Of a DNA stretch of 64,000 bases, positions 8,963 through 17,337 are shown in pieces. The notes under the pieces are model-generated. The model searched no databases and was not told the DNA's origin. It saw only the letters and a list, made by a program, of their open reading frames with translations. The first letter of the stretch is position 1. Each line of letters opens with the position of its first letter. The translations under genes and the position numbers were made by a program. The DNA comes from Planktothrix sp. (GTDB taxonomy: Bacteria; Cyanobacteriota; Vampirovibrionia; Obscuribacterales; Obscuribacteraceae). The stretch is from the NCBI GenBank assembly GCA_036703195.1, contig DATNPN010000018.1, forward strand, positions 52,631 to 116,630, in the 5' to 3' direction.

Positions 8963-8997
8963 GCAAGCAGCCTTCGCTTTACTGGGAGGCTGCTTGC
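8963..8997 (+). promoter_or_regulatory. Intercistronic stem-loop between the Ubl gene and the downstream large gene
   Basis: There is a perfect 10-bp stem GCAAGCAGCC / GGCTGCTTGC with a 15-nt loop and no U-tract. It lies 22 nt after the Ubl stop and 28 nt before the next start. Confidence 0.35.
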
Positions 8998-9025
8998 AAT
9001 GGCCGCAAATGGAAAAGGAGGAAGC

Positions 9026-11068
9026 ATGCATCACCATCGCCTTATTATTCTTCTAGTCTTTTTGATTGTTTCGGCCATCGTGGCTTTGACGCCCGGGTTG
9101 CGGCAAATCTTCATTGACTACTACGTCGCCTTGAGGAGGCGTTTCGGACCCCTGAGCGTCAGCCCGGCTGAGGTGAGGAGCTTTATGCCGCGTGTGCTCA
9201 AGGCTTTGAGCGACCGGTCTTCACTGGCACTCTCGCAGGACAGCGCCGGCACCGTAGCTTTCGAAGGTTTCAACGACTGTTACCGGGCGATCTTCCAGCC
9301 GCTCGTGGCTGCGATACTGGCGCCCGAAGTCGGCGCCTGTCGCGTGAAAAACTGCAACGGCATAGCACAAAGCGCTCCTGCCGACGCAGCGTTTCATATC
9401 CTCGTTTACAGCGCTGCGTCAGGAGTTGCTCAATGTCTCGCACCGGCGCGATACCAGAGAGACGACACTGAGACGATGTTCGCTCCAACCGGTCTTGGCG
9501 TACCGCTTATTGACGATGCTGGTTTTATCGTCGCGGAGTTGGTGGACAACTGCCTTTACGTGTTGGTGAATCCTTTCGTCAACGGCAATCTATCGGAAGC
9601 TCAGTCTTTCGGCGAGGTGCTTCTCAAGGCGAAAGAGGCTCTGCGTCAGTTGAAGAGCGCTGAAAGCGATAGCCTCAGATTCGAGACTGTTGCTGCTGCA
9701 CCAGCGCTTGGACGGTTCTGCGACACCGGCTACGTCGATCGTCAGCGCGAACAGCTGCGCAGCTTACACCGCCAACAGCATGAGCTGTTGTCTTACGAAG
9801 CAGCCGGCAATGGTGCTCCCGAGCGAGAGTTCGAGCAAATTTGCCGCAACTCCAAGGTGCTCAGTGTGAAGGTGACGTATAGAGCAATCATTGTCAGAAC
9901 AGACGTGCTCTACTGCGATAGCAGCTACAACTCGCAGCTGTACGAGATTGGTGCCTTTCGCATCCGCATTCCTTTCTCACCCAGAGGGAACGTGTCCTGG
10001 AGAAACACCACCCGGTTGGTGAGAGCGTATTACGAAAGGCGCTTCCACGCTCCGCACGTGCCGTTCTTTCACAAACCTTGCCTTGGTTCGGCAAAGCACA
10101 CATTCCCCAAGTTGATCCGCGATCGTCAGTTTGCTGCTGCCGTCGACCTGGCCATTGCCTTTGTGCAGTCGGCCAATGAAAACGACCCATGGGGGCGACA
10201 TGTGGTTGATTGGCCAATCGCTCATGTTCGTCATAAGACGAAATACAGGGCGACGAGCTACACATACCTCTTGCCCGTCTCTTGCCGTGAGAAGCTTCGC
10301 GATATCCGATTTAGCGAAGATGGCAATTACCTGGTGGTTGAGGGGCAGGAGTTACAGGCTGCCCTAATCGCCATCGGCAGCGACGCCTACGAGGACGGCA
10401 CGGATCGCGGAAGAGTCGTTCTCAAGCTGACGACGCCCAAGCAAAAGCCTGCTGTTGTTGCAATAGCGGGTGCACGCGAACGATACCTCAGGGCTTGCCG
10501 CGGTCGAGAGGAAGGCGCCAGTGAAGAACTGGTTCGGCAGATTCACGCCTCCACAGTCACTCTGCGTTCATACGAAGAACAGCTCTTCTGGCAGATCCGC
10601 GATCAATTCTGCCGAGAGAGTTCGGACGATGAGCGCGCTGCTAACGCGAAAGAACAGTGGCAGCGGCTGACTCAACATCGCAAGATCGAGCGGGTGCGCG
10701 TGGTCAACGGCACAATCTTGATCGATACGAAAACTCTGTTCGGCAAAAGCCGCAAAACAAAAGAGCTGCACGAGCTGGGAGCGTTCACGATCGCAATCGG
10801 CGCCAACAGCGGCAAGTTCGGCGTGCGCTGGTTTAACCGGACCCGGCGCTCACCCCTGATCGGGATGAATGCCGCCAATGTCTTTGCAGACGGCACACCC
10901 GTTTGCGAGGAGGTGCTCGCCACCCTGCTCGAACTCGGCGCTCGCTGCGAATTCGGTGATGTCGCCAATCTCGCCATTCAATTCGTCGAGGCCGTCAGCG
11001 AGACGTCCGCGGGGTATCTGGATGGATGGCCGAAAGCCCAGGAGGTGAAAGTCCATGCAAACGCCTAA
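9026..11068 (+). CDS. Large operon component: N-terminal TM helix plus two tandem copies of an about 120-aa Cys-containing domain (candidate E2-like/transferase module)
   Basis: The start at 9026 (MHHHRLIILLVFLIVSAIVALTPGL) is preceded by AGGAGG. The internal duplication is …VKVTYRAIIVRTDVLYC…LYEIGAFRIRIPF…HAPHVPFFHKPCLGS…DLAIAFVQSANENDPWG versus …VRVVNGTILIDTKTLFG…LHELGAFTIAIGA…NAANVFADGTPVCEE…NLAIQFVEAVSETSAGYLDGWP. The beta-meander followed by an H-x-P-H…C stretch resembles the UBC fold (HPN…C). The gene overlaps the JAB gene by 14 nt. Confidence 0.5.
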   Translation: MHHHRLIILLVFLIVSAIVALTPGLRQIFIDYYVALRRRFGPLSVSPAEVRSFMPRVLKALSDRSSLALSQDSAGTVAFEGFNDCYRAIFQPLVAAILAPEVGACRVKNCNGIAQSAPADAAFHILVYSAASGVAQCLAPARYQRDDTETMFAPTGLGVPLIDDAGFIVAELVDNCLYVLVNPFVNGNLSEAQSFGEVLLKAKEALRQLKSAESDSLRFETVAAAPALGRFCDTGYVDRQREQLRSLHRQQHELLSYEAAGNGAPEREFEQICRNSKVLSVKVTYRAIIVRTDVLYCDSSYNSQLYEIGAFRIRIPFSPRGNVSWRNTTRLVRAYYERRFHAPHVPFFHKPCLGSAKHTFPKLIRDRQFAAAVDLAIAFVQSANENDPWGRHVVDWPIAHVRHKTKYRATSYTYLLPVSCREKLRDIRFSEDGNYLVVEGQELQAALIAIGSDAYEDGTDRGRVVLKLTTPKQKPAVVAIAGARERYLRACRGREEGASEELVRQIHASTVTLRSYEEQLFWQIRDQFCRESSDDERAANAKEQWQRLTQHRKIERVRVVNGTILIDTKTLFGKSRKTKELHELGAFTIAIGANSGKFGVRWFNRTRRSPLIGMNAANVFADGTPVCEEVLATLLELGARCEFGDVANLAIQFVEAVSETSAGYLDGWPKAQEVKVHANA

Positions 11069-12167
11069 GCCAGAAAAGGCAAAAGCTTCGTCCAAAGACG
11101 AAGAGAGCGGGTTTTTCCAGAAGATGCTGTCGCTGCGTTCGGCCGTGCCGGACGGTGAGACGGTTTTGGTTGAGCCGCCCGTCCTGCCGAAACCCCCCTC
11201 CGCTAACAACAAGCCCAGTGCCAATCCTGCTCCTCTGGGGCTGGGCATCGCCACTCCTCCTCCTCCTTTCGCAAGCGTTTCACCGCTCAGCGATCTACCA
11301 CTGATGCTGCACGATTACCATCCGCGCGCGGAGCTGATTGAGAGACCGCCGGCAGTGTTTCTCACTCCTGAGACATACAAGCGAATCTCTCTATTCATTC
11401 ACGTCGGCAAGCGTGAGGTTGGCTGGATGGGCACCGTAACAAAATCAGAGCAGGGTGACTATTTAATCGATCAAGTCTTCCTGCTGCACCAGAACGTCTC
11501 CGATGTCGAAACTGAGATAACTCGAGATGGGCTGGCCAAGCTCGGTATGGAGCTGCAGCGCCAATACGGCGCCGACACGATCAAGCACGTGAATCGCCTG
11601 CACTTCTGGGGGCATTCGCATGTGCGCATGGGGACGGGACCATCCCCCCGCGACGAAAACACTTCCCTGCGATTCGGCTGGAACGACGACTTTCAACTGC
11701 TCATTCGCGGCATCTTCAACAAGCGCGGACGAGCGGAGTTTGCCATCTATCGTTTCGACAAGGGCATTCGCATCCTCGATGTGCCGTGGGGAATCTATGA
11801 TCCGGCTACAAAATCGGTTCTCTATCTGCGCCAAAAAGAAAAACCGTTTTTCTTCGCCAATGGACCGGCGTACAGCCAGATGCAACCTCCATCGACTGTG
11901 GCAAGCGCCGTCACGGCTTCAACGCAGAAGTTGAAAACGGCGGTGGTGAATGAGGTGAGACAGTCCGTCGACAGTGTCACCGCCATGTTCGATAAAGAGC
12001 TGACGCTGGAGCAGAAGTTCGCTGGGCTGCCTGAGCTGCTCCGCCCCACCCAGGCAGAGTTGCAAGCAGTGCAGAGCGAATACGACGAAAAAGTAGTCGA
12101 GCATATCGTGCCCGGCTTCACCAAAGTGCGCGAGTGGGTGGGTGCGCTGAAACGGAGCATAAAATGA
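11055..12167 (+). CDS. JAB/MPN+ (JAMM) metallopeptidase with a Pro-rich N-terminal extension
   Basis: It has a perfect JAMM motif: Glu (KREVGWMG) followed by HFWGHSHVRMGTGPSPRD, which is H-x-H-x7-S-x2-D. AGGAGG lies upstream. Its stop overlaps the E1 start in the sequence AATGA. Confidence 0.75.
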   Translation: MQTPKPEKAKASSKDEESGFFQKMLSLRSAVPDGETVLVEPPVLPKPPSANNKPSANPAPLGLGIATPPPPFASVSPLSDLPLMLHDYHPRAELIERPPAVFLTPETYKRISLFIHVGKREVGWMGTVTKSEQGDYLIDQVFLLHQNVSDVETEITRDGLAKLGMELQRQYGADTIKHVNRLHFWGHSHVRMGTGPSPRDENTSLRFGWNDDFQLLIRGIFNKRGRAEFAIYRFDKGIRILDVPWGIYDPATKSVLYLRQKEKPFFFANGPAYSQMQPPSTVASAVTASTQKLKTAVVNEVRQSVDSVTAMFDKELTLEQKFAGLPELLRPTQAELQAVQSEYDEKVVEHIVPGFTKVREWVGALKRSIK

Positions 12168-12871
12168 ATCAGAATCCGATTAACACGTCTCGCCTGGTTG
12201 AGGTTTTCTCGGCGGAGGCTTTCGACAACCGGCGTATCGATGTGATTGGAGCCGGCGCTACAGGGAGCAAAGTGGTTCTGGAGCTGGCAAAAGCCGGGCT
12301 GGACGATATTCACGTCTACGACTTCGACACCGTCGCGCACGAGAACATCGGCAATCAGGCGTACCGTCGTGAACGCGACATCGACCAACTCAAGGTAGAT
12401 GCGCTTCAAAACCTGGTCTACGAGGCCACCGGTCTGAAGGTCAATACTCACGCAGAACGAGTAGACGGCTCGCAAGAGCTGGGAGACATCGTCTTCCTGC
12501 TGACAGACCGCATGGACTCTCGCAAACAGATCTTCGAGAGCTCCATCAAATACAACATGAACGTCCAACTGATGATCGAGACGCGCATGGGCGTAGACCA
12601 GGGGCGCGTGTACGCAGTCAATCCGAATGACTCCGTACACGTTCGTGCCTGGACGAAAACACTGTGCGACGATGTGGTCACCGAAACTTCCGCTTGCGGT
12701 ACCAAAATCAGCGTCGGCCCCACAGCCGGCATCATCGCCAATTATGCGATGTGGGCACTGTTTCGTTGGTCTGCTCTGCAAATCAACCCGGACGGCGAAG
12801 ACAAGCTGGAAAATGAGTTGATCGTCAGTCTGCGCCCGCCGGCGCTGATGACGCGCTTCTTCAACCGGTAA
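12164..12871 (+). CDS. Minimal E1-like (ThiF/MoeB/HesA superfamily) adenylyltransferase
   Basis: It has a Rossmann GxGxxG motif (IDVIGAGATGSKVVLELAKAGL) and a ThiF-type motif YDFDTVAHENIGNQ (compare D-x-D-x-V-x-x-S-N-L-N-R-Q). A candidate catalytic Cys lies in ETSACGT. The protein is 235 aa. Confidence 0.8.
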   Translation: MNQNPINTSRLVEVFSAEAFDNRRIDVIGAGATGSKVVLELAKAGLDDIHVYDFDTVAHENIGNQAYRRERDIDQLKVDALQNLVYEATGLKVNTHAERVDGSQELGDIVFLLTDRMDSRKQIFESSIKYNMNVQLMIETRMGVDQGRVYAVNPNDSVHVRAWTKTLCDDVVTETSACGTKISVGPTAGIIANYAMWALFRWSALQINPDGEDKLENELIVSLRPPALMTRFFNR

Positions 12872-12879
12872 GATGGAGT

Positions 12880-12920
12880 GGGCAACGGTCTATGGCCGTT
12901 GCCCCTCTCTCACTTTTGAC
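12880..12920 (+). terminator. Candidate terminator of the Ubl operon
   Basis: A 9-bp stem GGGCAACGG / CCGTTGCCC with a 7-nt loop is followed by CTCTCTCACTTTTG. Confidence 0.4.
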
Positions 12921-13088
12921 ATTGCAACCGCTGCCAGCACCACATATGGTGCAGGTCGGCGATTTACTCTTTTGCCCCGAGCTACTACTACATGTCGCAT
13001 GTGTTATACATTGAGTCATCCTGCCCATATGCACAACAGCCGGCTTTGACACCGGCTGTGTTTTCAATTCGATAAGTTGAAACCGCTC

Positions 13089-14153
13089 TTAGGCGACGGT
13101 GACGTCGGGACAGAGGTAGACATCCTGAATGGCGTTGAGCAGTTGGACGCCTTCTTTCATCGGACGTTGAAACGCTTTGCGTCCGGAGATCAGTCCGGTG
13201 CCGCCGGCGCGCTTATTGATCACTGCTGTTTGCACGGCTTCTTCGAAGTCGTGTTTGCCGGAGGCGCCTCCGGAGTTGATTAATCCTGCGCGTCCCATGT
13301 AGCAGTTCATCACCTGATAACGAGTCAGGTCGATCGGATGGTCGGTCGTCAACTGGCTGTACACGCGCTCATCCGTCTTGCCGAATTTGAGGGCGTTGTA
13401 GCCGCCGTTGCACTCGGGCAGTTTTTGTTTGATGATGTCGGCTTCGATCGTGACGCCGAGATGGTTGGCTTGACCGGTGAGATCCGCAGCCAAATGGTAG
13501 TCGGTGTCGCCTACCTTGAAAGCAGCGTTGCGCAGGTAGCACCAGAGAATGGTGGCCATGCCTAATTCATGTGCTTGATGAAAGGCTTGTGCCACTTCTT
13601 GAATCTGGCGTGTCGATTCAGCCGAGCCGAAGTAGATGGTAGCTCCGACAGCCACTGCACCCATCTCCCACGCTTCTTTCACATTGCCGAACATGATCTG
13701 ATCGTACTTGTTCGGATAGGTGAGAAACTCGTTGTGGTTGATTTTGACGATGAACGGAATCTTGTGAGCATACTTGCGTGCTACAGAGCCGAGCACGCCG
13801 AATGTAGAAGCAACGGCATTGCAGCCTCCTTCGATTGCCAGCTTGACGATATTTTCGCCGTCGAAATAGATCGGATTTTTCGCGAACGACGCACCGGCTG
13901 AGTGCTCGATGCCCTGGTCCACTGGCAGAATCGACATGTAGCCGGTGTTGCCTAAGCGTCCGGTGCCGTACAGAGATTGCAAGCTCCGCAGTACGCGCGG
14001 GTTGCGGTCGCTGTGCGCCCAAGTGCGGTCGATGAAATCGGGACCGGGCAAGTGAAGATCATCTTTGGAGATGGTTTTGCATTTGTGCTCCAAGAAATAC
14101 GAGGCCTTGTCTCCAAGGGCTTTTTCAATATTCGAGACTGCTGCAACTGGCAT
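13089..14153 (-). CDS. Class I fructose-bisphosphate aldolase (DhnA/FbaB archaeal-type aldolase family)
   Basis: The length (354 aa) and motifs (…[13 protein letters not shown]…IVKINHNE…) fit the DeoC/FbaB TIM-barrel aldolase family. Confidence 0.7.
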   Translation of the reverse strand: MPVAAVSNIEKALGDKASYFLEHKCKTISKDDLHLPGPDFIDRTWAHSDRNPRVLRSLQSLYGTGRLGNTGYMSILPVDQGIEHSAGASFAKNPIYFDGENIVKLAIEGGCNAVASTFGVLGSVARKYAHKIPFIVKINHNEFLTYPNKYDQIMFGNVKEAWEMGAVAVGATIYFGSAESTRQIQEVAQAFHQAHELGMATILWCYLRNAAFKVGDTDYHLAADLTGQANHLGVTIEADIIKQKLPECNGGYNALKFGKTDERVYSQLTTDHPIDLTRYQVMNCYMGRAGLINSGGASGKHDFEEAVQTAVINKRAGGTGLISGRKAFQRPMKEGVQLLNAIQDVYLCPDVTVA

Positions 14154-14301
14154 TTTCGTGCTCCTGGTTGGTCAAATCATACGCGGCCAGACGCCTGCTT
14201 GGTCTGGGCGCGATAGTGCTGCACCCATTTGGCGGCCTGGACAAAGTATGGCGAAAATGGCTGAAACATTCAATCTCTGGCGAAAAAAGCAGTGAGGTTG
14301 C

Positions 14302-14757
14302 TTAATCTGCCTGAGGATGAGCGGCCGGCTGAGAGAGTTCAAGAAGCACACCGCCAGTGCTCTTGGGGTGCACAAAGGCAATTTTTGCTCCCGACGCGCC
14401 CATTTTAGGTTTCTCATCGATGAGCCTGGTGCCTGAATTTTTCAGCACATCTATCTGCTCGAGGATGTCATCAACACCGACGCACATGTGATGCAGACCT
14501 GGTCCGCGAGCTTTGAGAAACTTACCCACCGGGGTGTTCTCATTGAGCGGCTCGAGCAGCTCGATATGGGTGTTGCCAATATCCAATTTGGCAACGCGAA
14601 CGCCTTGCTCCTCGACAACCTCTGTCTCGATATGATCCAGCCCGAGCTGATCGCGCCAGACTTTGAGCGCCGCGTCCAGGTCGTCGACGGCGACGGCAAT
14701 ATGATCCAGGCGGATTCCTTTGCTGCCGGAAGAGCTCATGGTCCGTATCCCGACCAC
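14302..14757 (-). CDS. mce: Methylmalonyl-CoA epimerase-like VOC (glyoxalase-fold) protein
   Basis: It carries a VOC-fold metal-ligand pattern: RLDHIAVAV…HIELLEP…GPGLHHMCVGVDD…AFVHPKSTGGVLLEL. An alternative ATG start at 14739 is possible. Confidence 0.6.
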   Translation of the reverse strand: MVGIRTMSSSGSKGIRLDHIAVAVDDLDAALKVWRDQLGLDHIETEVVEEQGVRVAKLDIGNTHIELLEPLNENTPVGKFLKARGPGLHHMCVGVDDILEQIDVLKNSGTRLIDEKPKMGASGAKIAFVHPKSTGGVLLELSQPAAHPQAD

Positions 14758-15197
14758 TTTTCCCAGAACTTATGCCAGCCGTTCAGCACCCTCAACTGGC
14801 TGAACTCGTCATACTCACGCCATGTCGCCATCATGCGGCAGGCGCGCTCGATGTTGGCGCACTGGTCGAACGGCGTCCACTGCTCGCCGCGCCATTTAGG
14901 ATTGTAGTAAAAGGCGTTGAGAGCCGCTGTCAGATTGACGGTGCGATCCACATTCAGTACATACGGTTGACCATCTGCGCGAATCGGATAGAAGCTCTCT
15001 TCGCCTGGTGGTGTGATCAATTGATCGTGCTGCGGCTCGGGAGCCGGCGGGTAGGTGATGGGCACCTTGCGTCCAATAAGAAGATGGTCCGGAATCGTAT
15101 CTTTAGCGGTAACGGCGTTAGACAGCACGACACAGCCGAGCGCCACCACGCACGATGTCAATATGCCAATACGTTTGCTCATGATTGCGGTTCCCAA
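14736..15197 (-). CDS. Small secreted hypothetical protein
   Basis: It has a signal peptide (MSKRIGILTSCVVALGCVVLSNAVTA) and Trp-rich motifs (YYNPKWRGEQWTPFDQ). The alternative start at 15182 is preferred. Confidence 0.4.
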   Translation of the reverse strand: MGTAIMSKRIGILTSCVVALGCVVLSNAVTAKDTIPDHLLIGRKVPITYPPAPEPQHDQLITPPGEESFYPIRADGQPYVLNVDRTVNLTAALNAFYYNPKWRGEQWTPFDQCANIERACRMMATWREYDEFSQLRVLNGWHKFWEKWSGYGP

Positions 15198-15527
15198 GAG
15201 GCGCTGCGTTTATGTTTCGGGACTGAGAGGTTTCCAATAAATATTAGCTAACTCAGTATATGGGTTGGCTGCCAAATAGGCTCCCTCGCTCAGTTAATTA
15301 TAGCCAGATGGTCGCTGGTTTCAGCCTCATATGATGGATCAGGCTTAAATTAAGCGGCGCTTCCAGATTGCAACTTAAAGCGATCGCGCTGTTTGACAAT
15401 GTGCGCCGTGAAGTAAACTAAGCCGTCCAAGTCGCCCCAGGGCTAGATTTAGACCAAATCCATTCTGAGGGCGGTCTAAGGGAACTCTTGCAGCGAGCGC
15501 GAGTTACTAACGGAGAAGAATAGAAAG

Positions 15528-17180
15528 ATGTCTGAAAAACATACGACGAGATTGCACGGCAGGCGGTTGATTGTTGCCGTCACCGCATTTGCCGGTATCG
15601 CATTTGGTGCGCAGACAGTATTGAGTGCTGCTGCCGCAGACGGCACGCCTGCGCCGCTGCCGATTAGAAGCATCAGCGTTGACCCGCAGAAAGATCTTGT
15701 CGTCAAGTTCACAACACACGCAGGCATCTTTCCCACAGTGCCTCACTTGCTCGATCTGCCCGGTCCGAATCACAGAGTCGTTCTCGACTTCTCGAATGCC
15801 TCCATCGAAAAAGGTGCCATAGCCAATCAGGAAGACTTGAGCAAGGAGATCGCTCAGTCGATTCCCTGCATCAAGGACGTGCGCTACTCCAATCTCACCA
15901 GCGCTCAAAAACCGACTGCTCGCGTCGTTGTTGATCTGCCGGAAACAGTTGCTGCCGATCCGCGCGTAGTCAAACTAGACGAAAACTCCATCATCATCAG
16001 TCTCGGTGAGGCGGTTGCTGTAGCTCCCGCTCCGGCTCCCGCTGCCGCCAGCAACGGCGGTCCGGTCGACAGTCAGGATGCGGCGCCCGTCGCCTCAGCG
16101 CCTGTTGCCGCAGTCGCCTCCGCGCCTGTTGTGCAAGAGACAAGTGCCCCGGCGCCGGAGGCAGCCAGTGCACCGGCACCCGCTTCGACAAGCGCACCAG
16201 CATTTGCTGAAACCAGCGCTCCAGCAACTGTCGCTACTGTTGCTCAGAATGCCTCCACTGGCGGCAAATGGGATTGGTCCGGTTCGGCTGCCAACCCGAC
16301 TGTCACCCCCAACGAGGGGCTGACGCCGCAAGAAGCGAAGCAAACTGCCCCTGTTGCCGCCAACAATCTTGACGGCGTGGCAGCGGCGACCCAAGCGACT
16401 CAAATCGCAGCCCAACCTGATGCCGCCGCCGAGCTGAAGCCGGCTATTCCGGCTGGAGACTCGTCTGCTGCATCGTCAACCAGCGATGCCGCCGCTTCCG
16501 CACCGGTAAGCGACACACCGCTCTCTTCCTCTCCTCCTCCAGTGCCACAAGCCGCACCTGCGAAAGCTGCCGCTCCCGAAGCCTCTGAAGTTGGACATGC
16601 CGCCGCCGTGAAGCTGTACAACAGCGCCGTCAAAAATCACTTGAGCGGAAATCTGACGCAAGCGATCGCTGACTACAAAGGTGCCATCGCTGCTGACGGC
16701 GGACTGGCCGAAGCGCACAGCAACCTCGGTTTGATCTACAACCAACAGCATGATTATGCCAATGCTCTCTCCGAGTTTCGCAAGGCGCTGGCGATCAACC
16801 CCAGAGACGCCATCACCTACAACGGTATCGGTGCAGCCCTGCGTGCCGAGCACGATCTGTCCGGTGCGATTAAGAACTGGCAGACAGCAGTGTCGCTCGA
16901 TCCACACCTGGCTACTGCTCACTACAATCTGGGCACCGCCTATGAATTGCAGAAAGACCCGGATCGCGCCCTGGTTAGCTACCAGGAAGCCGTCAAAAAC
17001 GACTATCGACTTGGCGAAGCCTATTACCGCATGGGCTTGATTCTGCAGGGTAAAGGCAAGAAGGAAGACGCTGCCGAGCAGTTCCAAAAGGCTCTCAAAG
17101 CGCAAAACAACGCCGAATACTCCGAAGACGCTCGCAAGAAGCTGGCGTCGCTGAATGTCACGCCTGCGCCTAAGAAGTAA
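15528..17180 (+). CDS. AMIN-domain plus TPR-repeat protein with an Ala/Pro-rich linker
   Basis: It has an N-terminal signal/TM and an AMIN-like beta-sandwich (…VVKFTTHAG…HRVVLDFSNASIEK…ARVVVDLPE…). A long low-complexity A/P/S linker follows, then C-terminal TPRs (AEAHSNLGLIYNQQHDYANALSEFRKALAINP…). Confidence 0.65.
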   Translation: MSEKHTTRLHGRRLIVAVTAFAGIAFGAQTVLSAAAADGTPAPLPIRSISVDPQKDLVVKFTTHAGIFPTVPHLLDLPGPNHRVVLDFSNASIEKGAIANQEDLSKEIAQSIPCIKDVRYSNLTSAQKPTARVVVDLPETVAADPRVVKLDENSIIISLGEAVAVAPAPAPAAASNGGPVDSQDAAPVASAPVAAVASAPVVQETSAPAPEAASAPAPASTSAPAFAETSAPATVATVAQNASTGGKWDWSGSAANPTVTPNEGLTPQEAKQTAPVAANNLDGVAAATQATQIAAQPDAAAELKPAIPAGDSSAASSTSDAAASAPVSDTPLSSSPPPVPQAAPAKAAAPEASEVGHAAAVKLYNSAVKNHLSGNLTQAIADYKGAIAADGGLAEAHSNLGLIYNQQHDYANALSEFRKALAINPRDAITYNGIGAALRAEHDLSGAIKNWQTAVSLDPHLATAHYNLGTAYELQKDPDRALVSYQEAVKNDYRLGEAYYRMGLILQGKGKKEDAAEQFQKALKAQNNAEYSEDARKKLASLNVTPAPKK

Positions 17181-17206
17181 TCGTTCCAACCAGGCAAAAT
17201 CTACAA

Positions 17207-17240
17207 GGGCTGGCAATTGATGTGCCAGCCCTTTCATTTG
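17207..17240 (+). terminator. Rho-independent terminator
   Basis: The stem GGGCTGGCA-ATTGATG-TGCCAGCCC is followed by TTTCATTTG. Confidence 0.5.
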
Positions 17241-17337
17241 CAACGTAGCAGCCTCGCCAATTCCAGGCTGATCGTACCTGTGATTTCTTCTGCTCGGAGA
17301 TAATTCCAAGCAACGTCCAAGCCGCATCAACACTGGA

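Noticed and set aside
8861-9025. Extended N-terminus of the large operon gene, with an ORF-track start at 8861 inside the Ubl gene
   Set aside because: The extension overlaps the Ubl coding region in another frame and has no RBS. The ATG at 9026 has an AGGAGG 5 nt upstream and begins a plausible TM helix.
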